Shown here: positions 7,512 through 15,999 of the stretch, in pieces
How positions within the stretch are numbered: the first letter of the stretch is position 1
Layout of the letters: the number at the start of each line of letters is the position of its first letter
Notes under the pieces: generated by a model
The model's database searches: none
Seen by the model: the letters and a program-made list of their open reading frames with translations, nothing else
What the model was told of the DNA's origin: nothing
Position numbers and translations under genes: made by a program
NCBI GenBank assembly: GCA_964510585.1
Contig: CAZECW010000038.1
Coordinates: 156 to 32,155 of the forward strand
From: an uncultured archaeon
Lineage (GTDB): Archaea; Asgardarchaeota; Jordiarchaeia; Jordiarchaeales; Jordiarchaeaceae
Reading direction: 5' to 3'
DNA length: 32,000 nt

Positions 7512-8333
7512 ATGCCTTATAAAAACATTATTTATGAGAAGGATGGACATGTTGTAACTATTACTCTTAACCGTCCAGAAGTCCATAATGCTCTTAATTG
7601 GGAAACGGCCCAGGAGCTCCACAAGGCCTGGCAAACATTTAGAGACGATGATGACGCCTATGTAGCCATAATGACTGGGGCAGGAGACAAGGCCTTCTGC
7701 AGCGGCTGGGACTTAAGAGACGCAGCTTTCCAAACCGGTGTACTTGAGGAACTCAAAGACTTTGACAAGTACCGAGTTCACCTATATAATTCACCCGGAC
7801 CCTGCGGCTACACTCGCCGTTTAGATATTTTCAAGCCCACTATAGGAGCCATTAATGGCTACTGTTTCGCCGCTGGCTTTGAAACCGCCCTCACCCTCGA
7901 CATCCGCATAGCCTCTGAGAATGCCGAGTTCGGCATGCTTGAGCGAAGGTGGAACATTGTTTTTGCCGACGGAGGAGCAGTAAGGCTTCCCCTAATAGTT
8001 GGGTTCGCAAAGGCTCTGGAGCTGGCCATCACGGGACGCCGTTTTGGGGCTCAGGAGGCTCTAAGTATGGGATTGGTTTCAGAGGTGGTGCCTCAAAACC
8101 GGCTTATGGATAGGGCTCGTGAACTCGCTGAGTCCATCTGTGAACTTCCCCAGGGGGCAATTCGCTCAGACAAGGAGGCCATAATAAGAGGAATAGGGCG
8201 TCCCCTAGAGGAGGCTCTGCGCATCGAGGCAGAAATGGCAATGTCTATGCTTATGAGAAGTGACTCCTTCAGCGAGGGAGCAAGGGCCTTCTTAGAGAAA
8301 CGTAAGCCAGAATGGAAAAAACACGGACTATAA
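7512..8333 (+). CDS. Enoyl-CoA hydratase/isomerase (crotonase) family
   Basis: ITLNRPEVHNA, FCSGWDL, KPTIGAING, AGFE and MLERRW motifs. GAGGTG RBS. Confidence 0.92.
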   Translation: MPYKNIIYEKDGHVVTITLNRPEVHNALNWETAQELHKAWQTFRDDDDAYVAIMTGAGDKAFCSGWDLRDAAFQTGVLEELKDFDKYRVHLYNSPGPCGYTRRLDIFKPTIGAINGYCFAAGFETALTLDIRIASENAEFGMLERRWNIVFADGGAVRLPLIVGFAKALELAITGRRFGAQEALSMGLVSEVVPQNRLMDRARELAESICELPQGAIRSDKEAIIRGIGRPLEEALRIEAEMAMSMLMRSDSFSEGARAFLEKRKPEWKKHGL

Positions 8334-8457
8334 AAAGTAATAATCTTGAGGAAAACCCAAACTATGATATGTGAAGAAGTTGACTCACAAAAAGAATGTG
8401 AGGTTTATTATTGTTTTATTTCGTTTTGTTAGATTCTCTTTTAATGGAGGTGTATTT

Positions 8458-10018
8458 GTGGAAACATTCCCTTGGTGGACTGAAAGTCAGAAAAAACTCG
8501 CAGAAGAAGTGGAAGAGTTTGTTGAGGAAAATGCTCCAAGGGCAGCCGAGGCTCTCTGGACATTCGAGAACCCCGAAGATATCGTTAAAAAGGTGGCCGA
8601 GAAGGGCTGGTTTGGAACCCTAATTCCTGAAGAGTATGGAGGAATGGGAAGCGAAGTGGGAGTTACCGGAGCATGCATCGTAGTCGAAGGACTCGCCCGT
8701 CTAGGTCCACTCACTGCAACCTATAGCACTACGTGTTTTGGGGGAACCCATCAATTGGTACGCTTAGGAACCCCGGAGCAAAAAGAAAAGTGGCTTCCCA
8801 AAATTGCTCGTGGGGAACAGTTAAACGCACTCTGCCTTACGGAACCATTCGTGGGCTCCGATGCTGCTGGCGTCACCACCAGAGCTACACGTGTTAGGGG
8901 GGTATATAATTAATGGCAAGAAAAGATTCATAAGTACTAGCGGAATCGCCGATGCCTATTTTGTGTATGTTAAAACTAGCGACAATCCCAGTGACAAAGC
9001 AGCATACAGACACCTTACGGGCCTCTATGTTCAGAAGGGTATGCCCGGCTTCACAGTGGAGAGAATAAATGCTCTAGGAGTCTTTGATGGGGTTCGCAAT
9101 GGGGTACTAAACTTCAACAATGTCTTTGTGCCAGAAGATAATGTGGTGGGAGGGGAAGGTATGGGGTGGATGTGTATGATTAGCGGCCTCAATCTGGAGA
9201 GAGTCCTCATAGCAGTGAGTGTAGTTTCTGGCATCAGGGAAGCCTTGAGATACTCCTACTACATGAGTCAGAGAAGAGTCCAGTTCGGCAAGCGCACCAT
9301 TGAGTTTGAAAGTAACCAGTACCGAGTAGCGGATATGATAATTGGTTACAAAACTTCCCGACTGCTAACCTACTATGCGGCTTCCCTTCTTGACAAGGGG
9401 TTGGAGCCCCTAATTGAGGCTAACAGCGCCAAGATTTACGCAACAGAAACTGCGAGGAAAGTTGCTGAAGACGCATTGCAGGTTATGGGTGGAGATGGCT
9501 TCACAAAATATTATCCTGTGGAGTCACTGCTGAGAGATGCCAAAATACTTGAGGTGGGAGGAGGCACAAACGACGTGTTAAGGCGTCTAATAGCAAACCA
9601 GGGCTGGAACATAATGAGGGATATGTTGAAGCCGCCTAGGCGCCGCGTAAGCAAAAAATTCGGAATCTCTCTCCCCTATTTCAGGAACCCACCTGAACTT
9701 GAATTACCCACAAAGTGTGGAGCCTCTGACTCAGAGGCCGTTGAGAAGGGTGTACTCTTGGCACTTGCAGAAGATTACCTTGTAAATCCCGGATTGCATA
9801 TGACTAGGGAGGAACTAATGGAGGACACAGGTTTAGACGAGGAGCGCCTAGACGAGGCCCTATTATCACTTGAGGAAAAGCAGCTTGTGGACATTTATCG
9901 CGACAAGAAGGGAGTTCTCAGACTAATAAAGGCAACCTACGCCGGACTGGATAAGGCAAGGCCTATCAACTACTATAGATGGTATCCGGAATGGGTTCGA
10001 AAAGACGAAATATTCTAG
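8458..10018 (+). pseudogene. Acyl-CoA dehydrogenase with C-terminal extension, split by a frameshift at the G6 run 8897-8902 (may be a sequencing error)
   Basis: GTG start with GGAGGTG RBS. The N-part (LCLTEPFVGSDA) joins the C-part (YIINGKKRFIS, GLNLER, RVQFGK, QVMGGDG, ILEVGGGTND) across AGGGGGG. Span is 1561 nt, i.e. 3n+1. Confidence 0.88.
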
Positions 10019-10019
10019 C

Positions 10020-10078
10020 AAAAAATTCAATATTTTTTGTGACAAAACAATTTTATACCTAAAAAATTCAATATTGAA
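10020..10078. repeat. 15-bp direct repeat AAAAAATTCAATATT (10020-10034, 10061-10075) flanking a TATA box; the second copy forms the palindrome TTCAATATTGAA
   Basis: Read directly. TATA-like TTTTATAC at 10051-10058. Confidence 0.7.
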
Positions 10079-10109
10079 GAAAATGTAACTAGGTTAAGGT
10101 TGGTTAGCT

Positions 10110-11162
10110 ATGATTAAAACTAAACTTATGGAAATGTTGGGAATTAAATATCCCATAATACAGGCTGGAATGGGTCCCTATTCAACTACCAGACTCGCCG
10201 CTGCAGTGGCCAACGCCGGAGGACTGGGAATAATAAGCGGCGTTGGTATGGGAGTTTGCAAGCTTTTGGGCGGCCAAAAATTCATGGATTATGATCCGAA
10301 AAAGAGTCCAGCTCAAAATATGAGGGAAGCCATCCACTACGTTAAAGAAGCAACCCAAAAATCTGGAGGCATATTTGGAGTAAACGTTCCAGTTGCGGTG
10401 GAATTTCGAGAAATAAGCGACGAACTAATCCAAACTGCAATCGAGGAGAGAGAAAAAGATCCGGATCTAGTCAGAAGGATGAAGGTCATAATTACATCTG
10501 CGGGAAACCCGGAACGCCACGCCGAAATGATAAAGGAGTCAGGGGTTTTGCGCTTCCACGTCTGTCCTTCCCCCTACCATGCAAAGAAGGCAGAGAAGGC
10601 TGGTGCGGACTTGGTAATCGCCAGTGGTCATGAGGGCGGGGGTCACGTGGCCCACGAGCCGGTTCACAGCATGGTTTTGATTCCCGAAGTGGTGAAGACG
10701 GTGAGTGTACCAGTTGTGGCTGCAGGTGGCTTCTGTGATGGAGCGGGGCTGGTTGCGGCGCTGGCTCTGGGGGCGGTTGGTATACAGATGGGCACGCGTT
10801 TCATAGCCACCAAGGAGAGTGACTTCCTCGACTACTACAAAGATTACACTAGGAATCTTGGCGATGTCCGAAAGACTATTGTTGCCAGGGGAGTTTTTGG
10901 CAGAATAAGATACCTGAAAACCGACGCAACTGTTGAACTTTATGAGATGGAGAGGAGGGGCTGCCCAGATGCTGAGGTTGCCGACTTTGAGATGAAGGCC
11001 ATCCAAGCGATACATTTCGGTGATCCCAAGAAGGCCGCGTTTTTCGGCGGTGAGGTTGCAGGGAGATTTTCAGACCTACCCACAGTAAAAGAACTTATGG
11101 ATAGGATAGTTAGGGAAGCAGAAGAAATCATAAGGGATAAGCTTCCAAAAGTTGTCGCATAA
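10110..11162 (+). CDS. Nitronate monooxygenase / FabK-like FMN-dependent oxidoreductase
   Basis: LGIKYPIIQAGM, LAAAVANAGGLG, GHEGGGH, PVVAAGG and GIQMGTRFIAT.ES motifs. Confidence 0.92.
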   Translation: MIKTKLMEMLGIKYPIIQAGMGPYSTTRLAAAVANAGGLGIISGVGMGVCKLLGGQKFMDYDPKKSPAQNMREAIHYVKEATQKSGGIFGVNVPVAVEFREISDELIQTAIEEREKDPDLVRRMKVIITSAGNPERHAEMIKESGVLRFHVCPSPYHAKKAEKAGADLVIASGHEGGGHVAHEPVHSMVLIPEVVKTVSVPVVAAGGFCDGAGLVAALALGAVGIQMGTRFIATKESDFLDYYKDYTRNLGDVRKTIVARGVFGRIRYLKTDATVELYEMERRGCPDAEVADFEMKAIQAIHFGDPKKAAFFGGEVAGRFSDLPTVKELMDRIVREAEEIIRDKLPKVVA

Positions 11163-11208
11163 CTATCATATTCCTCTTTTCTATTTTGGTGTTTAAGGGA
11201 GGCATTCT

Positions 11209-11991
11209 ATGAAGGATTTGAAAACAATTAAGATTCAGAAAGAGGATGGTTTGGGAATAATAACTCTTAACCGGCCTGAAAAGAGAAACGCCATTAACTT
11301 TGAAATGTTTAGTGAGATTGGAGAAGCGGCCGGCATAGTGTCTGACGATGATGAGATAAAAGCTGTCATTATAACTGGTGCAGGGCCCTCCTTCTCTGCG
11401 GGAATAGATTTCAATTCTTTTGGGCGGTTCGGAGGCATATCCTCCCGGGAATTCAGGAACCTTGGAAGAAAGATTCAGATAGGCTGGACTAGAATTGAAA
11501 ACATTGAGAAACCAGTCATAGCTGCCATTAATGGTTCAGCAATCGGAGGCGGCTTGGAACTCGCCCTCTGCTGCGACATCCGGATAGCAGCGGACAATGC
11601 CCGCATGGGTATCCCAGAGGTTTGCATAGGCATCGTACCTGATCTGGGAGGAGCTCAGAGGCTTCCCAGAATAATTGGGTTGGGAAGAGCTAAGGAACTC
11701 ATATTCACGGGCAGAATCATAGATGCCCAGGAAGCTGAGAGAATAGGGCTGGTAAACAGGGTGGTTCCCACAGAAAAACTCATGGACTCAGCCAAAGAGT
11801 TAGCGAGAGAAATCATGGATAACGGTTTAATCGCGGTTGGCCTTGCCAAAAAAATCGCCAACAAGTCCCTAGAAGTCGATATGGAAACCATACTAGAATA
11901 CTCCATACTAGCTCAAGACATATGCATAAGAAACGAAAACATGGCAGAACTGTTCACCCGCTACATGCAAAAGAAGAGCAAGAAAAAATAA
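11209..11991 (+). CDS. Enoyl-CoA hydratase/isomerase family
   Basis: LNRPEKRNA, FSAGID, KPVIAAING, GGGLE and GIPE motifs. Confidence 0.92.
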   Translation: MKDLKTIKIQKEDGLGIITLNRPEKRNAINFEMFSEIGEAAGIVSDDDEIKAVIITGAGPSFSAGIDFNSFGRFGGISSREFRNLGRKIQIGWTRIENIEKPVIAAINGSAIGGGLELALCCDIRIAADNARMGIPEVCIGIVPDLGGAQRLPRIIGLGRAKELIFTGRIIDAQEAERIGLVNRVVPTEKLMDSAKELAREIMDNGLIAVGLAKKIANKSLEVDMETILEYSILAQDICIRNENMAELFTRYMQKKSKKK

Positions 11992-12243
11992 AACAAAACC
12001 CCAGATCCATAAATGGAAAAAAATAATTTTCAGTGTGCTTGCTTTGCATCCCTTTTTGAGATAGCAGATTTTCACTGAAAAAAGTTTCAGGGGTCAACTA
12101 GGAATAAGCTTTATGTAAGACATCTTCTGGCAAAATGAGAAAAAAAATAGGGGAGAACAAAAACTAGGCATAAGAGCTACTTACGAATTTAGAGCGCTTT
12201 TTCTTGAGGTATTTGTGAAAAAGATCCAAAGATAAAAACAGTA

Positions 12244-12265
12244 AAGGGAGGGTGTTTGCTCCCTT
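12244..12265 (-). terminator. Hairpin terminator candidate of the thiolase/DUF35 operon
   Basis: AAGGGAG/CTCCCTT 7-bp stem a few bases after the stop at 12273, followed by a T-rich tract on the minus strand. Confidence 0.55.
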
Positions 12266-12272
12266 CAAAGAT

Positions 12273-12740
12273 TTATATGAGTTTGAAGTATTGGATATCC
12301 ATTATGTCTCCTACGGTTTTGTCCCTCCATACTGCCTGTACCTTTGCACCCACTTTAACCTGTTTTTTGACATTCTCAAGATCTGATATGTCTACTTCCC
12401 CTATGTAGTGGTGGAAGGAGCTGTCAGCGCCATCCAGTTTTATACGCGCTATTATGTAGGGGGGATTCGCGGGTTGGTTAATATAGGGATATGTGACCAG
12501 AGTCCAAGATTCAATGGTGCCCTTGTCACTGACTTGAACCCAATCCGGAATATCCACAAAACACGTGCTACAGAATTTCCTACCTGGAACAAGCACCTTA
12601 CCGCATTTGGGACATTTGCTTCCCATTATCTTCTTGTTCTTCATACCCTGAAAAAACTTTAAACCCGCTTCCCCAATCGACCAACGGTAGGGAAGTTGAA
12701 TCGCACCATACTTCACACTTTTAATTCCTTCCTCGGCCAT
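12273..12740 (-). CDS. DUF35-family Zn-ribbon + OB-fold protein
   Basis: CPKC...CSTC Zn ribbon, GTIESWTLV, and P.PPYIIARIKLDGAD...FHH motifs. Confidence 0.92.
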   Translation of the reverse strand: MAEEGIKSVKYGAIQLPYRWSIGEAGLKFFQGMKNKKIMGSKCPKCGKVLVPGRKFCSTCFVDIPDWVQVSDKGTIESWTLVTYPYINQPANPPYIIARIKLDGADSSFHHYIGEVDISDLENVKKQVKVGAKVQAVWRDKTVGDIMDIQYFKLI

Positions 12741-12761
12741 TTCATCAATCCTCCAACTTTT

Positions 12762-13931
12762 TTAAGGTGTTCTACTCAAAATCATCACACTAATGAGATG
12801 GTTAGCTCCTCCAAGACCATTACTGAAAGCTGTCTCAGCGTCGGGAATCTGGTGAGCCCCAGCTTTGCCAGTGACCTGAAGGGCAGCCTCCACCACCCTA
12901 ACCATGGCTGTGGCACCGATGGGATTAGTGCTCAACACGCCTCCCGAAGGGTCGCAGGGCAACTCACCACTCCTGGACACAATGCCTTCCTCGACAAGTT
13001 TGTATGCTTCACCCGGTTTGCAGAAGCCAAAACACTCGTAATGCATCATTTCCTGGAAAGTGAAGGGATTATACACTTCTGCCACATCCAGCTGCTTAAG
13101 GGGATTAGTGATACCCGCCATTTTGTAGGCCCGCCTAGCCACCTCTATGGTTCCCGGATTTTCCACACTATCATTATCACTAGACCAGTACTCGTTGCCA
13201 CAATAAGCAACACCCTTAACCCAAGCAGGAGTATCAGTAATTTTCCTGGCCCGCTCCTCAGAAGCATATATGATCGCGCAGGCACCATCCGATTGTGGAC
13301 ACACATCCAACAATCTAATGGGGTAACAGATTATCCTGGAATTCAGAACATCATCAACCTTAATCTTTATCTTAATATGTGCATAGGGATTGTCAAAAGC
13401 GTCCAAATGATTCCTCACCGAAACCTCAGCCGCAGCCAAACGAATCTTTTCCTCAGGAACATCGTACCTGTGCAGGTACTCGTTACTCTGCTGGGCAAAA
13501 ACTCCCGGAGCGCCAGGCACAAAAGGCCTGCTAAAGTGAGCATCACCCACAGTATTCATCGTTCCCTGAGCTTCACCCTCATACTGCTTCTCCGCCCCCA
13601 CAGCTAAAACCACATCAAACATACCTGAAGCTACATGGTAATAACCAGACTGAGCCACAGACATGCCCGTAGTTCCACAGGTAGCCACCCGCATATTAGG
13701 CTTCAACACAGCACCGGCTGCATCGTCACCCCAATAGAGGTGGGGAGCATTAACTCCCTCCATCGGTGCAGGCATAGAACCGGATACCACAGCTTCTATT
13801 TCCTCAATTGTTAAATTTGCGTCGTCTAGCGCCCTTTTCACGGCTTCATGTACCAATTCTGGGAAACTTACCTCTCTTCTTTTTCCGTGGACTGTCTGAC
13901 CCACGCCCACTACAGCTACTTTTCTAACCAT
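12762..13931 (-). CDS. SCP2-type thiolase-fold protein, Ltp3-like, canonical catalytic Cys/His absent
   Basis: VGVGQT, EGV..P.L, KP.MRVATCGTTG, CPQSDGACA, AEVYNPF and PSGGVLSTNPIGA closely parallel actinobacterial Ltp3. Confidence 0.88.
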   Translation of the reverse strand: MVRKVAVVGVGQTVHGKRREVSFPELVHEAVKRALDDANLTIEEIEAVVSGSMPAPMEGVNAPHLYWGDDAAGAVLKPNMRVATCGTTGMSVAQSGYYHVASGMFDVVLAVGAEKQYEGEAQGTMNTVGDAHFSRPFVPGAPGVFAQQSNEYLHRYDVPEEKIRLAAAEVSVRNHLDAFDNPYAHIKIKIKVDDVLNSRIICYPIRLLDVCPQSDGACAIIYASEERARKITDTPAWVKGVAYCGNEYWSSDNDSVENPGTIEVARRAYKMAGITNPLKQLDVAEVYNPFTFQEMMHYECFGFCKPGEAYKLVEEGIVSRSGELPCDPSGGVLSTNPIGATAMVRVVEAALQVTGKAGAHQIPDAETAFSNGLGGANHLISVMILSRTP

Positions 13932-13945
13932 CCAGCTTCTCCTCT

Positions 13946-15085
13946 CTACCTGCCCAAGATTGCCACCATGTGGAGCTGTCCAGCAAGTCCATGTACACTG
14001 TGCACCAGTGCGGTCTCCGCGTCTGGAACCTGTCTCTCACCCGCCTTGCCCCAGAGCTGTAGAGCAGCCTCAGCAGCCCTTATGGCACCACGGGCACAGA
14101 AGGGATTCGTAGAGAGAACTCCACCTGAGGGATTCACAGGCAACTCGCCATCCATACTGGTTACTCCATCCTTGATGAGTTTTGCACCCTCACCCCTGGA
14201 GCAGAAGCCTAATGCCTCATACCAGAGCAACTCTTGGAAAGCGTAGGGCTCACAAATCTCGGCTACATCAATTTCTTTGAGTGGATTTTTGATTCCCGCC
14301 ATTTCGTAGGCCTTTTGGCTGGCCATTTTTAATGCCCGGTTTTCCAGTATATCTCGGTCTCCCATAAAGTAGGGCTCAGCCCTCCAGTTTATTCCCTTTA
14401 TCCAGATGGGGTCGTCGGTGAACTTTTTGGCCGCCTTTTCACTGGCAAGGATTAGGGCGCAGGCACCGTCCGAAGCTGGGCAACACATAAGCTCCCTTAG
14501 GGGATAAGCCATAACCGGGGAATGCATTACGTCCTCTACTGTCGCTCTCATTTTTCGGTGCGCGTGGGGGTTAAACAAAGCATTTCTAAGATTTTTGACG
14601 GCTACCTCGGCTCCCACCTCTTCGCTGACCTTATACCGGCTCATGTACTGGTTAGCTTGAAGGGCAGCCGCCGAGATTTCTTCCAGACCTATGGGTCTCT
14701 GGTAGAAGGGATCATTATAGATGTTTGTTAACGTGGCTATGGGTGGGGCCTCGCTGCACTTAGTAATCCCTATGACCAGACAGGTGTCAAAGTGTCCGGA
14801 TCTGACTCTCATGTACCCGTAGGCTAAAGCCAGTCCGGAGTCCTCCTCAGCTTTGGTGCTGTCTTTAAGATAGCCAGCCGCGGCGTCGAAGTGGAACACG
14901 TTTGAGCAACCCATACCTTGCCAGTAGTCCGAGGACGAGGCCACAACTGTATCGAGTTCTTCTCGGGTTAAGCCAACCTTGTCCATTACGGTTTTAGTTA
15001 CTTCGAAGGCAAGTCCCCTTACCGAATCCATTAAGTTTTCTCCACATTTTTGAGCTACACCAACAATTGCCACCTTTTCAGACAT
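13946..15085 (-). CDS. SCP2-type thiolase-fold protein, Ltp4-like, canonical catalytic Cys/His absent
   Basis: SSSDYWQG, KAEEDSGLAL, DPFYQRP and PSGGVLSTNP parallel Ltp4 motifs (SGSSDYLAG, VEMDAAWAL, DPY..P). Start re-assigned to ATG 15085. Confidence 0.86.
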   Translation of the reverse strand: MSEKVAIVGVAQKCGENLMDSVRGLAFEVTKTVMDKVGLTREELDTVVASSSDYWQGMGCSNVFHFDAAAGYLKDSTKAEEDSGLALAYGYMRVRSGHFDTCLVIGITKCSEAPPIATLTNIYNDPFYQRPIGLEEISAAALQANQYMSRYKVSEEVGAEVAVKNLRNALFNPHAHRKMRATVEDVMHSPVMAYPLRELMCCPASDGACALILASEKAAKKFTDDPIWIKGINWRAEPYFMGDRDILENRALKMASQKAYEMAGIKNPLKEIDVAEICEPYAFQELLWYEALGFCSRGEGAKLIKDGVTSMDGELPVNPSGGVLSTNPFCARGAIRAAEAALQLWGKAGERQVPDAETALVHSVHGLAGQLHMVAILGR

Positions 15086-15106
15086 AAAACCACCCTTAAA
15101 CATTGT

Positions 15107-15592
15107 TTACTTTATGGGTTTGAAGTACTCGATGTCGGTTATTGCTCCCACCCTTTTCTCGGCCCACACTGCCTTGACCCGCATCCCTATTTTTACCTGG
15201 TCCTTTACCTTCTCGGGGTCGGAGAAGTCGATACCCATTACGTAGTGGTTGAACCCGGTGTCTGCGCCGTCAAGATCGATGACCGCTACGATGTAGGGAG
15301 GGTTTCTGGGCTGTCCAACAAAAGAGTAATTTACGAAGGCGTAGGTTCTTATGGTGCCTTCGTCCTTAACCTCTACCCAGTCGAATAGTTCTACGAAGTC
15401 TCGGGGGCAAAATTTTCGTCCCGGAACCAGAACCCTACCGCACTTGTGGCATTTTGTTCCCAGAATCTTTTTCTCTTTGAGTCCTTGGAAGAAGCGCAGT
15501 CCAGAGGGTCCGATGGTCCATTTGTAGGGCAGAGTAATTTCTGCTTCCCTAACAGTTTTAACCTCTTCTTGACTCAAACTTTTTTCCTCCAA
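15107..15592 (-). CDS. DUF35-family Zn-ribbon + OB-fold protein, paralog of 12273-12740
   Basis: LPYKWTIG, CHKC...CPRD, GTIRTYAFV and PPYIVAVIDLDGAD motifs. Confidence 0.92.
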   Translation of the reverse strand: MEEKSLSQEEVKTVREAEITLPYKWTIGPSGLRFFQGLKEKKILGTKCHKCGRVLVPGRKFCPRDFVELFDWVEVKDEGTIRTYAFVNYSFVGQPRNPPYIVAVIDLDGADTGFNHYVMGIDFSDPEKVKDQVKIGMRVKAVWAEKRVGAITDIEYFKPIK

Positions 15593-15732
15593 ACCTTTTA
15601 GACGATTCTAAAAACCTACCTTTTCACTAACAGGGTAAATCATGACTTTTCCCAAACAATTTTTCTAATTATCGCTGGGATGACTGCTTTTGGTGTAGGT
15701 TACTCTTTTTTCCACTTCTTTGTTTAAATGTC

Positions 15733-15740
15733 TATATAAA
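15733..15740 (-). promoter_or_regulatory. Putative TATA box (TTTATATA) for the DUF35-Ltp4-Ltp3-DUF35 operon
   Basis: Consensus TATA on the minus strand preceded by an A-rich BRE-like stretch. It implies a leader of roughly 110-120 nt. Confidence 0.45.
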
Positions 15741-15999
15741 TTTTGTTTAAAGACTTCGAAAAACCGGCGGTGATGATAAATGAAAGAATGTGGGGGGATG
15801 TTTGGATTTTTTGTTGGTTTTTTCGCTTAACTACCTATAATTTTGCCATAATTTGGAAAAGAATTCTTATAATACCTCCTTTCTTTAAAACCGCTAAAAA
15901 AGAAATTTTCTAAAATGTGGATGCCGCCTTGCGTCTTGGAGAGTTATCGAAACTTTAATATTTTTTAACCTTAAACTTTTTGATAAACAATTCTTGTAG

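Noticed and set aside
8896-8903. Programmed -1 ribosomal frameshift in the ACAD
   Set aside because: The required shift is +1/-2, not -1, and no obvious downstream stimulatory structure was seen. A homopolymer indel is simpler.
12027-12081. Long imperfect hairpin TTTTCAGTG/CACTGAAAA as a possible ncRNA
   Set aside because: It sits between convergent operons and is adequately explained as a terminator or chance AT-rich pairing.
12696-13607. 303-aa plus-strand ORF and the many other long antisense/overlapping ORFs in the six-frame track
   Set aside because: Shadow ORFs opposite or within well-supported genes, with no recognisable motifs or ribosome-binding sites.
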